From assembly GCA_963713605.1 (NCBI GenBank), contig CAVQMO010000001.1, positions 32,001 to 96,000 of the forward strand: DNA of 64,000 nt, written 5' to 3'. The notes below the pieces were generated by a model. The model had not been told where the DNA came from, made no database searches, and saw only the letters and a program-made list of their open reading frames with translations. This document shows positions 32,434 through 46,981 of this stretch, piece by piece. The translations under genes and the position numbers were made by a program. This stretch comes from an uncultured Nitrososphaerales archaeon (lineage in GTDB: Archaea > Thermoproteota > Nitrososphaeria > Nitrososphaerales > Nitrososphaeraceae). Numbering within the stretch: the stretch's first letter is position 1; every line of letters starts with the position of its first letter.

Positions 32434-33784
32434 TTAGATCAAGCTTCCACCCTCGTCGATAAACAATTGTTCATAGGACGTTCCTCTTCTAATTAGCTTG
32501 TATTCGCCGTTCATGGTCTTCATGATAATGGAAGGTTTCGTTTGGCAATGGAAAGGCATATTGAAGACAACAGAATAAGCACCTACGTTGTAAAATGAAA
32601 CATACCTACCAATTCTTGCACCAGTAAGATCTGATGACTTAGATTGAGGAAATACATCATATGTATCGCATAATCGACCTGCTAAATGAATGCCCTTACC
32701 ATTAGTGTTACGGTCTTGTTCATTGGTATAGCCAAGCGTTAATACTGTTTCTTGTGGGTATTCTTGCTTTAGAAGAGCTGCGTCTAATAAAAGATGGTAC
32801 CCTGTATCAACTATGACTATTTTTTGTTCATTATACTCCTTTGTGTTTACTATCTTTGATACCAGAATCGATGATTCTGCAACAAGATATCTCCCGCTTT
32901 CAATCAAAAGATCCAATGGTCCATGTGATTCGACCAATCTGTTGAGCCTAGGTACGTAACTGTCTGCCATTTGCGAAGGAGTTGGCACGGACTCGTTATA
33001 ATATACTGGGGTACCTCCACCTATGTCTAACGTATTTACGGTAAATTTCGGAAACTCCTTTTTCATCTTTGTCATAAAGCTGTGCATCTTATCAATAGCG
33101 TGGATAAAACATGAGAAATCTGTGATTTGAGATCCGAGATGGAAATGAAATCCCTCAAAATGCAACAAATCATTATCCATAAGATGCTTGACCATTTTTG
33201 TAGCACTGTCAATGGTGCCGCCATTAAAAGGAACACCAAATTTCCCGTTTCTATATGAGGCACGTATCCCTGCTTTCACACCGACCTCTGGATTAACTCT
33301 GATCATTGTCAGAGGTTTGACAGCGAGCTTCTGCTGCTGCTTTGGCTAAATTAGTCATACCATTAAAAGAACTAACTACTACCTTTCTTATCCCCGATTG
33401 CAACACTACAGAGTATTCCTGAAATTCTTCGGTAATGCTAGTGTATACTATGTTTTCAGGGGGTGCCATGCATCTTCTCAGAAAGTGAAGTTCTCCTAAC
33501 GAAGTAATATCAAAAGTGATTCCATCCTTAATGAACGAGGTTAGAACAGCGGGAGTGAAATTTGCCTTTACTGAATATGCAAGCTTCACAGGTCCTTTGA
33601 ACTTAGAGTAGGCGTCTCGAAGATCATGCACCTTCTTATGCAGCGTACTTTCATCGATAATGTACAAAGGAGTGCCATATCGTACGGCGAGCTTCTCGAT
33701 TTCGACTGGTTCTGCAAAATGATTGAGGCGATGTGTTGATAGATTTAGTTTTTTTGTTAATTGAAGTTGCGAATTTTCCATCAA
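32434..33784 (-). CDS. Group IV PLP-dependent decarboxylase (Orn/Lys/Arg/DAP family), +1 frameshift near 33325
   Basis: YGTPLY, YSVKAN (PLP Lys), KFG, HFHLGSQ, DIGGG, ESGRYLVA, GRLCDTYD and GAY. Confidence 0.9.
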
Positions 33785-34125
33785 TTTTTTTTTGTTAGTT
33801 AACGGTAAATCATATAACTTAAAAACATTGCTCCATCCAGTCCAGGACGGATCGGGGGATTAACGTTCTACTATTACAAAATGTATCACCCAGACAATAG
33901 GAATGCATTTTCTTCAACCCCCTCTGATTATGATAGGCTGTACATAGACCGCTCTTGGTGTTCCTTCATGTAAGCCAGAAGGAAAATTGATACAAGTTGC
34001 ATTACCGTGCCGACCATCGACGTACCGTTTCCTAACATAATGTAATAAGTGAAATTAATGGTACCCTACGCCCGTTTGAATTCAATAGGCTGATTTTGAT
34101 ATATTTACCATAGTGAGTATCGGTA

Positions 34126-36299
<2,174 letters not shown>

Positions 36300-36452
36300 G
36301 ATGATACCTAGAACTTTACTCATCTTTATACCTTATTAGCTTTCGCTTTCGTTTTTGCTCTTCAAATAATATGTGTAAGTAGCCTCTAAGATACCTAGTG
36401 TTAGCATAAACTTAAAATCACCTATTTAGAATCCTTGATTTGATTATCCAAG

Positions 36453-37185
36453 TTGGGGAAGAGAACCTTAGTCCGAAGAAGAGGAAGAGGAGGAAAACAA
36501 TTTAGAGCGATTATAGTAGGCAAGCTGAGCACCTGCAAAGTATCCCTATTATAGTTTGGATGAAAATCATTCTGGAGTAATTGTTGATCTGGTTCGTGAG
36601 AGGGGAAGGGATGCCCCATTAGCCAAAGTGCGTTTTGAGAATGGTATTAATTCCTATATTCCTGCTTCTGATGGATCGAAAGTCGGAGATAATATTGAAA
36701 TGGGACGAGGCGCTAGTGCAACGGCGAGAAACATACTTCCACTAGAATCAATCCCAGATGGAACCACAATATGCAATATTGAAAAGAATGTTGGCGATGG
36801 AGGAAAGTTGATCAAATCTGCTGGTTCTTCAGCCATAGTGTTTTCTCATGGCATGGAAGGCGTTACTATCAAATTTCCCTCAGGCAAGTTTTCTATGCTA
36901 AACCGTAGATGCAGAGCCATGATAGGAGCAATCTCAGGGGGAGGAAGGAGAGAGAAACCATTTTTGAAAGCAGGCAACAAAGAAAGGTTTATGCATTCAC
37001 GTGGAAAGCTTTATCCTAAGGTTAGGGGAATAGCTCAAGCAGCTGTGTATCACCCACATGGAGGTGGCAGACATCAGCACATTGGACGTCAATCTTCAGT
37101 AGGTAGAACAACCCCTCCTGGGAGAAAGGTTGGAAACATTTCTCCAAGGAAGACTGGGAGAGGAAGGGTCAAGGAGCGCAGGTAA
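36453..37185 (+). CDS. rpl2: 50S ribosomal protein uL2, +1 frameshift near 36527
   Basis: TTG 36453 MGKRTLVRRRGRGG; the next frame gives GRDAPLA, NIE...GDGGKL and PKVRG.A.....HPHGGG. Confidence 0.96.
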
Positions 37186-37401
37186 TTTTATTTTTTATAT
37201 AGGCGGAACAATTTCTGCTCTCTGATGTATACAGAAGTATAATCAAGAACTTGCTTGCTTCGAAAACCCCTTTATTGGTAAGAGCGGCTGAGACATCTCG
37301 CTTATTGAGCGTCTAAAGTAGAGTGCTGATCTGTCCTTCGTCTTGATCTGTTAGCAAACGAATGGCCATGCCGACTAAATTCATATTCTAGCCAGACTAT
37401 A

Positions 37402-37977
37402 ATGAAACTTGTCATGACGAGATACAGGATGTTACTCATTATCTTTGCATCATTCATTATCATTGGAGGAACTGTTATAGGCTGTCACCCACCCTCTGAA
37501 GAAATCAAAGCTCAACATCACAGTGCACCACCTCCAGCAGCAGCGATTGGAGACAGAAAGTTGGTATTAGATATGCAAACAGTACCGGTAAATATTATTC
37601 AAGGTGACGATTTACTAATGACGATTGGATTCCTAGATGAAGGAAAAAATGCAAATATTCAACATGTGACATTTAGAATGGATATTTCTAAGGATGGAAA
37701 ACACATATTCTCTGACTTCTTTCACGATCATAACGGTGAAGTCAGATTGATGTTCAAAGATAAAGGAGGAAGTTTATCAAGTCACACTATCGGGGGAAAC
37801 CAAGACGTGCTTACAAACGCATGGATAGCTGATCCAGGGTCCCCTATAACGATTAGGGGCCCTGTATTCAATCAAAGTGGTACATATAATGTAGATTTGG
37901 AGTTAACTACGATAGACAATGACAAGACAGACTTAGTAGAGCCATTAGACTACCCCTTCGATGTTAATGTTTCATAG
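37402..37977 (+). CDS. Secreted/membrane-anchored hypothetical protein (thaumarchaeal beta-rich domain)
   Basis: N-terminal hydrophobic segment; NIQHVTF..ISKDG..IFSDFFHDHNG and GPVF...GTY. Confidence 0.7.
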   Translation: MKLVMTRYRMLLIIFASFIIIGGTVIGCHPPSEEIKAQHHSAPPPAAAIGDRKLVLDMQTVPVNIIQGDDLLMTIGFLDEGKNANIQHVTFRMDISKDGKHIFSDFFHDHNGEVRLMFKDKGGSLSSHTIGGNQDVLTNAWIADPGSPITIRGPVFNQSGTYNVDLELTTIDNDKTDLVEPLDYPFDVNVS

Positions 37978-38238
37978 AGGTGAGAACTTTTTGAGTCACA
38001 ATTTTTTCAATAATCAAACGATGAATCGTTGGAATGAGATTCTTTCCATGGTCCAACACGTAACCCACACCAAATTTCTTGCATTTCCACCATGGGTATA
38101 TACAGATATTGCCAGCTATTTTTTCACTATGTTTAGAGCCGCAAATCTTTTTTTCGCACTCCCTCTTAGTCACCGTTCCGAACGTTGCCAGCCTATGTTG
38201 ATTGAATCTCAAATCTCAACCTTAATATCTGAGAAAAT

Positions 38239-38664
38239 TTGAATATTATATTGGATCTTTCCTTTTTACCTATTGAATTAAGATCTTCGATCATAAGGAA
38301 TATCAAAACAGCGTTAAGATCTCAAAACAATCTAGTTGGCATTCCTGAAACCAAGTCAAATTCAATGACTTTAGACAGCTATGAAAATAGAGTAGTTGGT
38401 TTCACAGACGAAACTGATCGGCTTTATACTGTTCAGTGGGTCAATGGTTCATTAAAGGATTTCAAACTTTTTGTAGAAAATATACTACGAAGCAATCATG
38501 ATGGGTACATAATGGCAGAAGATACCGACGCGATTAATACCTTAACAATACTAAAACAAGGCGATGTCGAACAGTTTGGAATGCACATGTGTAGTCATTG
38601 TGGGACATTCTTTAAAAGTATAGAGGAAAGAACAGTACATGAAAGGATCCATTATTTCATGTAG
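38239..38664 (+). CDS. Hypothetical protein with C-terminal C2H2 zinc finger
   Basis: CSHCGTFFKSIEERTVHERIH = C-x2-C-x3-F-x8-H-x3-H. Confidence 0.75.
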   Translation: MNIILDLSFLPIELRSSIIRNIKTALRSQNNLVGIPETKSNSMTLDSYENRVVGFTDETDRLYTVQWVNGSLKDFKLFVENILRSNHDGYIMAEDTDAINTLTILKQGDVEQFGMHMCSHCGTFFKSIEERTVHERIHYFM

Positions 38665-38958
38665 CATAGATTAATATCCTGACCAAACCTCATCCACTTA
38701 ATGCACAGTACGCAGCTTACACCTCATTCGAACATCAGGATCCACGTTGCAAGAGCAACAGGGGTCTCTCCTTTACCAAAGCTAAGGAACTACACAAAGC
38801 TTCAATGCTCAGCTAGTAGATGCAAAAATTTGGTTACTACATTCAGTTCATTCAAAAAAAAGCCAGACCATGTAAAAAAAGTTATTAGAGATCGGGGTTA
38901 AAGCCACTTTGCATGGAACATCGATCTTTTAATTCTCAAAGTTACTGTTAGAAGAAAG

Positions 38959-39198
38959 TTGACACCATTGTCTTATTTCAAAAACTATAAAGTATTTACA
39001 ATTCTTGTGTACGTTAGAACATTGCATACTAGTATAATTAGGAATATTGGTATTGGTAACGCATCCGAAAAGACTATTTCTAGCATCAAAAAAAATATTG
39101 AGAAGGCCAGATCCCATCTTAATTATCATGTCACTGAAGAAGGAAAAGTAATTAGTCTTGATAAAAAATGTGAGTATTGCCAGGTTTATATGCAGTGA
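38959..39198 (+). CDS. Small hypothetical protein with terminal CxxC
   Basis: ORF ending ...LDKKCEYCQVYMQ; start uncertain. Confidence 0.35.
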   Translation: MTPLSYFKNYKVFTILVYVRTLHTSIIRNIGIGNASEKTISSIKKNIEKARSHLNYHVTEEGKVISLDKKCEYCQVYMQ

Positions 39199-39818
39199 TC
39201 GAATTCGCTAATTCGATCGACCCATCATTGATATATACCTTTAATGTTTAATATTGCGCTTTTACTCGTTATGTTTTCTCGACAACATATTCCAAGCTTA
39301 AGGAGAAAGCACGTGTGTTACTAGGAAGTGATGTTTTGGTTGCGCTGCAAAATGGAGGGGGCCCTCAGGATAGGTCCCACTAGTTTTCCGATATAGAGTG
39401 ATATTCAATTCATTTCAATGATATATGGAAGTCATTAATGGTTGTAAATGCATTGGACGATTCATTATCGTGATCTATGCTTTTTGAATGAATCAAAAAT
39501 GTGGGTCACTGTTATCAACTCAAATGAGCAAAAAGATTTAGAGCAAACACTTGTGATCCTCTGGTACAGTATACCTACACGGTTGTTCTCATCAATACCT
39601 CTGATTGAAGTGTGATCCTTGCTTTGTACCCTGTTATGAAAAATTACATATAATAGCAAATGATCAAAAAGGATTTGTAGTTGACATAAAATCAGATGTG
39701 GGAGCTATAGGATTGACAGCAACTCCAATCGACAATCTTCTCATACTTTTAGGAAAATTAAGAGGCAAGAAAAAAGAAATAGGGGACGATTTGTTACATT
39801 TCTCAATATATTAATAGG

Positions 39819-40478
39819 CTAGTAAATTGAGCTTTCAGTCCTTGATTCCTGACCCTGAGTCGGGAGGTCGGGAAATTTGTCCCTGGTATTTTCTTCAACA
39901 ACAGCAGTAGCCTCTTCAATAATTTTTACAGCTTCATCATCTAGGCTAAGTGTGCCACTAGCTATTTCAGGAGAAGGTATCTGACCTGTGCCAGACATTA
40001 TATTGCCTAATAGATCAGAAATTTGACCGAAAGATTGATCTGCATGAGGCATCATCGAGGAAAGTCCACCTTGGATCCCCTTTATGACAGACATCGCTGG
40101 ACTAAGTGTGATCACGACATCGCCTAGTTCAGTCATGGTGTTAAGCCGTAATTGTATCTGTTCTAATGCCAACTTAGCTGAATTGACCATCTTGTTCATC
40201 CTTCTGATCTGAGATAGCTCATTTGATAATAGTTTTGCATAGCGGCTATCATGATTCTGCATTGCAGTTACTATCCTACCGAAAATGAGTTTATCTTTTT
40301 CCTGCATTTTGCTAGATATCGTTTCTAACTTTGTAACCTGCATCTGCAATTTGCTTCTAGCTTCCTCTATACGCGGCTTCAGTGGAACTTGTGGTTTTAC
40401 ACCTTCAAGTATTTTGTTTCTAACGGATTCACCCACGCTATCTCCCTGCTGTTTATTCCATTTATTGCGAAACGACAT
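39819..40478 (-). CDS. Snf7/ESCRT-III family protein (CdvB paralogue)
   Basis: PLKPRIEEA..KL..Q..KLE, ELSQIRRM, LEQIQLRLNTMTELGDVV.TLSPA and terminal KFPDLP. Confidence 0.92.
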   Translation of the reverse strand: MSFRNKWNKQQGDSVGESVRNKILEGVKPQVPLKPRIEEARSKLQMQVTKLETISSKMQEKDKLIFGRIVTAMQNHDSRYAKLLSNELSQIRRMNKMVNSAKLALEQIQLRLNTMTELGDVVITLSPAMSVIKGIQGGLSSMMPHADQSFGQISDLLGNIMSGTGQIPSPEIASGTLSLDDEAVKIIEEATAVVEENTRDKFPDLPTQGQESRTESSIY

Positions 40479-41023
40479 GATAGGTACTGCTACAGTTTTG
40501 ATTTTGATTATTCTTAATACATATTAAAAAAAATTGTTAATGAGCTTTAACTAATTAATCTTGATCCCTGCTATTCCAGAGGTCCAATCGGCCAAAAAAA
40601 CCGACCCCCATTACTAAATAGCAACGATATCCCATAGTAAAGGTCAACCAATGGCTACATTGAATAGTCCACATGAAATAGACTTAGGTAGAGGAAGATT
40701 GCATGTGAAAAGATAAATAAACCGACATTTAAAGAGCAGTTGAGATGGGTATGTTGAGAAGACGAATTTTCGCTAAAAAGCACACTCAAGCTCGCTATCC
40801 GACTATAATTCAGTATACGGCTAATGATAACACCCGATTTGTGAATGGCTCAGTTGGTTATACTACTAGATTAGTTAGAGCTCGATATTTAGTTAGCCAT
40901 TCAATTCAATGACCAAGAACATGAAAGACAACTACGGCATTTGGTGTTTTGTCAGGTTTAGGAAGAGAAGTATTTACATATCCAAGTTTTTACTTCCCGA
41001 CTAAGGAAGGCGAACTTTACAAA

Positions 41024-41224
41024 ATGCCCGAACATAGGAAACCTCGGATGTCCTCATTCACAAGACTAGGAATAGCCTTACTTGTTGTTGGAGCAATCAT
41101 AGTAGGCATAGGAACCTATTATGATCGTGGTGCCATTTCACTGTATGGCCTATTCTTTGTAATCGCTGGTTTCTTTTTGTATTTCGCTTCATCTATTATT
41201 ACCTATAAGAAGACTAGGAAATGA
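41024..41224 (+). CDS. Small two-TM membrane protein
   Basis: ATG 41024, two hydrophobic helices, basic tail. Confidence 0.65.
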   Translation: MPEHRKPRMSSFTRLGIALLVVGAIIVGIGTYYDRGAISLYGLFFVIAGFFLYFASSIITYKKTRK

Positions 41225-41234
41225 AAAACAAGTA

Positions 41235-44200
41235 TCAGACTAGATACACAGCCGGCTTGAATGGTCGAGAGGATTTAGCTTTGGATTGTGGATCTTTTTT
41301 CTTTGCTTTCTCGTCATCTTCACCAGACACTGAAATTTCTATCTTCGAGTCACCCAATTCAGATGAAATCAGCGAGGCAGCGTCTTCAATTGCTCCGAGC
41401 TCGTCCAGATTTTTGATACTTAACCTAAGTGAGCGCCGCTCCACTGGAGTTGAAAGAACATCCTCCATAATTTTCTTTATCAACTTTACATCTGACCGAG
41501 CGTGAGAAATTTCTGAATCTTCGCCTAGTGCTCTCATGACATCACTCAGGCTCGAATTACGGTTGGCGATTATTAGTTCTAGTATTCTTTGATATACCTT
41601 CCACTTCCACTTTGCCGCAGTGTATATATTGACATTAGTAGGTTTCATTTTAGTAACCTTCAAAATATTTTGTATGTCTTGTATCAGATTCTTGATCAAG
41701 TCTTCCGATTCTTCAGCAGTGGGATCAATGTATTCCTCCATTGCTCTCGGCCAATCCAAATCCTCTTTTATTCTAGTAGCCTCGTCAGTGATGCTATTCC
41801 AAACTTCGCCAGCCAAAAAAGGAGCAAACGGTGCAATCATTTTGATTCTAGTCTCTAGAAACGTTGATAGTATTATATTTACTGATAACTCGGGTCTTCC
41901 CTTAGATTTGATTCGCTTGTTATACCACTGTAAATCTTGCTCCATCGAGTACAATATTGTGTGCAATACCTCTCTCACTCGTAGCCGATCCATCAATTCC
42001 GTAGTGTCTCTTATCCTTCTCTGTATCATATTCAAAATCCACTTGTCTTCAGACTCAGTAGTCCTTTGACTATGATATAGCTGTTTTAGCGACTTTTGGC
42101 TATTGTTAGAGCTGGAAAGGTGTATCCCCATTTGATAAATATCATCCAACCGAGATCTAATCCCCCGCAGAGCCTCGAATGAAAAATCTGCGTCTTGAAG
42201 AAGTTCAGCTGAACTCAACAAAGCAACCCGAATTGTGTCCGCACTATGATCTCTTATGGCTTGTCGTAGGGGAATAATATTTCCGAATGATTTAGACATT
42301 TTCTTACCGTCCATAAGCACCGAACCATTTACTACAATTTGCCTAGGCCAATTGGCTCTATCAAATATAGCTACGTGATTAAAGACAAAGAAGGTGAGAT
42401 GATTAGGGACCAAATCCCTTCCAGAATGCCGTGTGTCAACGGGATAAAAGTACTTAAATTCTGCTCTCATATTTAATATAAGTTCCTCAGATAGTTTAGT
42501 CTCTGCGGAAATTTTTTTCGGAGAGCCTTCTCCTAAAAATACATAGTCAAAAAGGGACTCAGTTAGATTTTGTGCAGTAATGTTGTTATCATCATCAAAA
42601 TGAATATACCTTGAAAGAATGTAGTATGCAGTGTATATGACCGAATCGGATAGGCTTTCGATAATCCAGTCTTGATCCCAAGGCAATCGTGTCCCAAGAC
42701 CAGACTTCCTCGCACAGGCTCTCTCCTTCAACCAGTCTACTACATAATTGAATTCAGATCTTATTTCATCTGGAACGATATCCATTCTATTTATGCATTC
42801 GTGGGCTAAGTCTTTCCATTGAGCATCACTATAATTGAGAAACCATTGATCGCTTAATACCTTTACAACACATTCCTCCCCACACCTACATTTAACTGGT
42901 TTTTTGATAAATTCATAAAGGATTTCTCCAATTCCGTTCTGCAGTAATTCAGATCTTATAAGATCTTTTGCCTCCGAGACTGTCATACCAGCATACTTCC
43001 CAGCATTTCCTTTTAGCCTCCCCTTGTAGAATTCATGCGAGTATAAATCCGCAGTAGCTTTTTCCAAAAGAGGATCATGCTGATCCTTCACACCTAGCCT
43101 TTCAATTATGATCTGAGAGGGAACCAAGTTGTCACCTTCATAGCCTTCAGATTCGATAATTGTTATTGGCTTGACTATCTCGTGGTTATGCATTTCTTTA
43201 GATGAATTACCATTTGTGAAATCTAGCAAGGCTTGGTAGTCGTATGGAGCGTGTGCTGGGACAGACATGACCAATCCACTGCCATCTTTAGGATCCACGA
43301 AGGACGCAGGATATACAGGAAGGCTGTTCTGCGTTATAGGATTACTCACATACTGCCCTATTAGTTTCATCCCATCTATTTCGTGGCTAATGTCCACATT
43401 ATGACCTTGATGCTTTAATTTCATTGCTGCATCACGACTGATAATCCACATTGGTTCGTTACCTTCCCCTACACGCGCGACTACATACCTTACATGAGGG
43501 TTAACCCATAGATTGGTAACACCATAAACCGTTTCAGGCCTTAGTGTAGCCACTGGTAGAACATATGTGTCACCTAAACGGAACTTGATTAGCATATATT
43601 CAATGAAATTGGGTTCTATGTCTCCTAATGTATCATGCTGGCTAACGGGATTCTGGTCTCTAGGACACCATCCTACTGGATGAGACCCTTGGATTATGAG
43701 GCCCTTTTTCTTGAGAAGGTTAAATTGCCATGATATGAATATAGAAAACGCTTCATCGATAGTAGTGAATTCCCTTCTCCAATCTATCGAGAATCCCATT
43801 TCCTTCATCCCTTCTTTTATTTCCTGGTGGAAAAATCTTGCTATATTAACTGGTTCATTGAATGATTTTATTACCTCAGAGGGAACACCATACACATTGC
43901 GAAAAGTATTATATAAATCCGTATCCCCTGATACCAATCTACGAGACATTGCTAGTATGGGGGTGCCTGTATAGTGAAAGCCCATTGGAAATAAAACATT
44001 GTATCCTCTCATCCTCTTGTAACGAGCGTGAACGTCAGCAAGTGTGTATGTTCTCCCATGACCTATATGCTGTGGGGAATTTGGATATGGATATGCAACT
44101 GTTACTAAATATTTTTGCTTTGTAGAATCAGGATTCGATTCGAATGGCCTCTGTTCATCCCAAATCTGCCTCCACTTTTTCTCCGTTAAATTCCAGTCTG

Positions 44201-44243
44201 GACTAGGAGCATGCTTTTGTGGACGTAAGTACGAATCAGACAT
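41235..44243 (-). CDS. leuS: Leucine--tRNA ligase (archaeal type)
   Basis: YPYPNSPQHIGH, ATLRPET, VMSVPAHAPYD, SGRDLVPNHL and KMSKS. Confidence 0.97.
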   Translation of the reverse strand: MSDSYLRPQKHAPSPDWNLTEKKWRQIWDEQRPFESNPDSTKQKYLVTVAYPYPNSPQHIGHGRTYTLADVHARYKRMRGYNVLFPMGFHYTGTPILAMSRRLVSGDTDLYNTFRNVYGVPSEVIKSFNEPVNIARFFHQEIKEGMKEMGFSIDWRREFTTIDEAFSIFISWQFNLLKKKGLIIQGSHPVGWCPRDQNPVSQHDTLGDIEPNFIEYMLIKFRLGDTYVLPVATLRPETVYGVTNLWVNPHVRYVVARVGEGNEPMWIISRDAAMKLKHQGHNVDISHEIDGMKLIGQYVSNPITQNSLPVYPASFVDPKDGSGLVMSVPAHAPYDYQALLDFTNGNSSKEMHNHEIVKPITIIESEGYEGDNLVPSQIIIERLGVKDQHDPLLEKATADLYSHEFYKGRLKGNAGKYAGMTVSEAKDLIRSELLQNGIGEILYEFIKKPVKCRCGEECVVKVLSDQWFLNYSDAQWKDLAHECINRMDIVPDEIRSEFNYVVDWLKERACARKSGLGTRLPWDQDWIIESLSDSVIYTAYYILSRYIHFDDDNNITAQNLTESLFDYVFLGEGSPKKISAETKLSEELILNMRAEFKYFYPVDTRHSGRDLVPNHLTFFVFNHVAIFDRANWPRQIVVNGSVLMDGKKMSKSFGNIIPLRQAIRDHSADTIRVALLSSAELLQDADFSFEALRGIRSRLDDIYQMGIHLSSSNNSQKSLKQLYHSQRTTESEDKWILNMIQRRIRDTTELMDRLRVREVLHTILYSMEQDLQWYNKRIKSKGRPELSVNIILSTFLETRIKMIAPFAPFLAGEVWNSITDEATRIKEDLDWPRAMEEYIDPTAEESEDLIKNLIQDIQNILKVTKMKPTNVNIYTAAKWKWKVYQRILELIIANRNSSLSDVMRALGEDSEISHARSDVKLIKKIMEDVLSTPVERRSLRLSIKNLDELGAIEDAASLISSELGDSKIEISVSGEDDEKAKKKDPQSKAKSSRPFKPAVYLV

Positions 44244-44249
44244 AGCATT

Positions 44250-46981
44250 TCATCGCCCAATGGTTTGAGAAACCATCTCTTCTAATGATGATATTGTTTC
44301 TCGTATTTTTTGCCTCAACTTCCCGCCTCCTTGACCAAATGCCGCGTTTCCTCCACCTGATCCCCCGAGTGTCTGTGAAAGCCGCTGGGCTAAATCGCCT
44401 GCCTTAACCCTTTTCCTTGCAACTTCTCCTGCAAACGTAATAACACGTACACCTTGACCTTTACCGATAAGTGCGACGAAAATCAGGTATGGATCATTCT
44501 GAATCACCGTCTCACCTAATGAAATATAGTACTCTTCCCCTAGCTCCTCATCGTAACGTACTAAATAATTTGATTCCATCAGACGAAATCACTTTTGAAT
44601 TTTTGAAAATGGAATTCATAACAGAGGGTAGAGTTTTTCTTACGACAGCTTTAAGTTTCCTTTTGGTCTCATCTGCTTCGTCAACAGATTTACGCAATGA
44701 TTCTACAACCTTCTCCTTACTTGCTCCTAGGACGCGCGAGATGGTATTAAGCTGGTTATCTTGTTTTTCCACATAGTCTATAGCAGCCTCACCTGCTACG
44801 AATTCTAGTCTTACAACACCATCCTGAATTCTTTCAGTCCTAAAAATCTTTATCAGGCCGATTTCACCGGTACGACTAACATGAGTTCCTCCACAGGCTT
44901 CTATATCCCAATCCTTAATATTTACAATTCTGACTGTACCGGATGGGACCACACCTCCCTGATAAATTCTAAAGGAGTAATTTCTTTCCGCATCGATACG
45001 ATCGAATGTGTTTATTAGTACCGGGCTATCCTGCCTCACAACCTTGTTTGCAGCTCTTTCTATCCCTTCGATCTCCTCTCGGGTAAGTGATGAATGGTGG
45101 GTGATATCCAGTCTTGCGTAGTCCTCGTCCTTGGACGCTGAATTTTGCCATACCCAGGGTCCAAGTATGCTTCTTGCAGATGCATTTACAATATGCGTAG
45201 CAGTATGATGTTTAGTGATTAGGTCTCTTCTTCTTGGATTAATGCGGACCCTGATCTTCATTCCGGGCAAGAGGCCCTTTGAAGAACTTACTTTATGAAT
45301 TACAATTTCATTTTGTTTTATTACGTCTAATACTTTAATACCTTCAATATCGCCACTATCAGGCTCCTGACCTCCACCTCGAGGATAAAATACAGTCTGA
45401 TCAAGTATAACATAATTGTTTTCAATAATGGCCAAGATTTTGGCATCAGACTCGGTCATCAAATCATGTTCATAATATAGTAATCTAGTTGGTTGCAGCT
45501 CTTCGATGCCAGTAATTGGTCCCAGACTATGCGAAGGACGGTGAGATTCATGCAGTTCAGATAACTGTACATAAAAGGCTTGAGGAATACTTTCAATTAC
45601 TCCTGACTCTATAAGGAATTCAGGCGTGATGCCATCTGATTCGTACAGTCTTATAAGATCATCAACCGAAAGGCTTCGTTTCTTGCCTTTTATTGACGAG
45701 GTAATGGAATTCATTCTTTCCTTCGACCCTAGATATCTATTAGACTCAATCTGCAAAATTGTTCTAACATCTTTTACATGTTCTTCTAATTCCGGGTACA
45801 TCCTTCTCAGATATCCGATGTGAGTGTCAGCGATTTCAGCCAAATCAAATTTCCAACCCATTCTCTCCAGTATTGCCAATGCTCTTCTAAGAATCACTCT
45901 TAGATTATAGCCGCCTCCCACGTTAGATGGAATTGAACCATCGCTAATGGCAAAGAGTAAAGTCCTAGTATGATCAGCGACAGTATACATTGCTTCAAAC
46001 GGATTAACGATCTTGCTCAAATCTTCAAATGAGACTTTCATTTCCTTCGCAAATGTGGTCTTGAGAGCTCTTAATATCCACCTCTGTTCTCTCGAGTGCA
46101 TTTGAGACAAACCTAAAGTAACTTCCTAGTATTTCTTTATCGAGCATCGTTCCAGTTTTACTCATCATCTCATTAATGACTGGACCGAATGTACAGTCGT
46201 AACTAGTCGGTGTGCCCATTGTAATCCATGAGAAACGTTCCAATCCTGCCCCCATATCTATAATTCGGTGTTTCATTGTTCGGTATTCATTTTCGTCTCC
46301 TTCGAATTCAGTGAACACCGCGTTACCCAGTTCAAGCCCATTAACAAAATATTCTAGTGAACACCCAAAGGCTCCTGCTCCCATCCAGACGTCTTCTACG
46401 AAGGTGATGGCCTTAGGATCAATTCCCAATATTTTTGTCAACAATTGGTAATCTAAATCCAAGCAACGATCTTTCCAATATCCTCCTTCCGCATCTGCAT
46501 TGCAGGTTTGACCTATCATGCAAAAGGTTGTGTAATGGCGACCACTGAGGCCCACATTTTCGATGTCGTTGAAACGAACGCACATCTGTGGTACTACTAG
46601 TGGATTGGCAGGAAGTTCAAAAAACACCTTGTTTTGAACTACTCTCTGAAAATCAACGATGGAGGCTATTGTATAATAAAGGTCATCGCGCCATCTGCAG
46701 ACAACAGGGTACCTGCTTACTACAGTGTGTTTGTTTGACCCAAAGAATGCTTCGACTTCCTTCCACGTATCAATATAGTCTAGACGTTTGCTTGTTGGAG
46801 GATTTCCAAGAAACCCATAAGCCTCGTGATCGGGGCAAACTGCCCTATCTACAAGAGACCAAAAAAATTTACCACAAAGATTACATTTGTGCCGTTGAAA
46901 TCCAACTTTATCGAATAGTGCTACTTTATAGTATCTGTCTGGATTAGCGGAAAACAGAGAAGAAAGTTCCTTTTTGCCCAA
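44250..46981 (-). CDS. alaS: Alanine--tRNA ligase, frameshifts near 46065 and 44555
   Basis: YPVVCRWRDD, IDMGAGLER, ADHTRT, editing HHTATH and EACGGTH, and C-Ala GGSGGG...FGQGGG across three frames. Confidence 0.96.
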
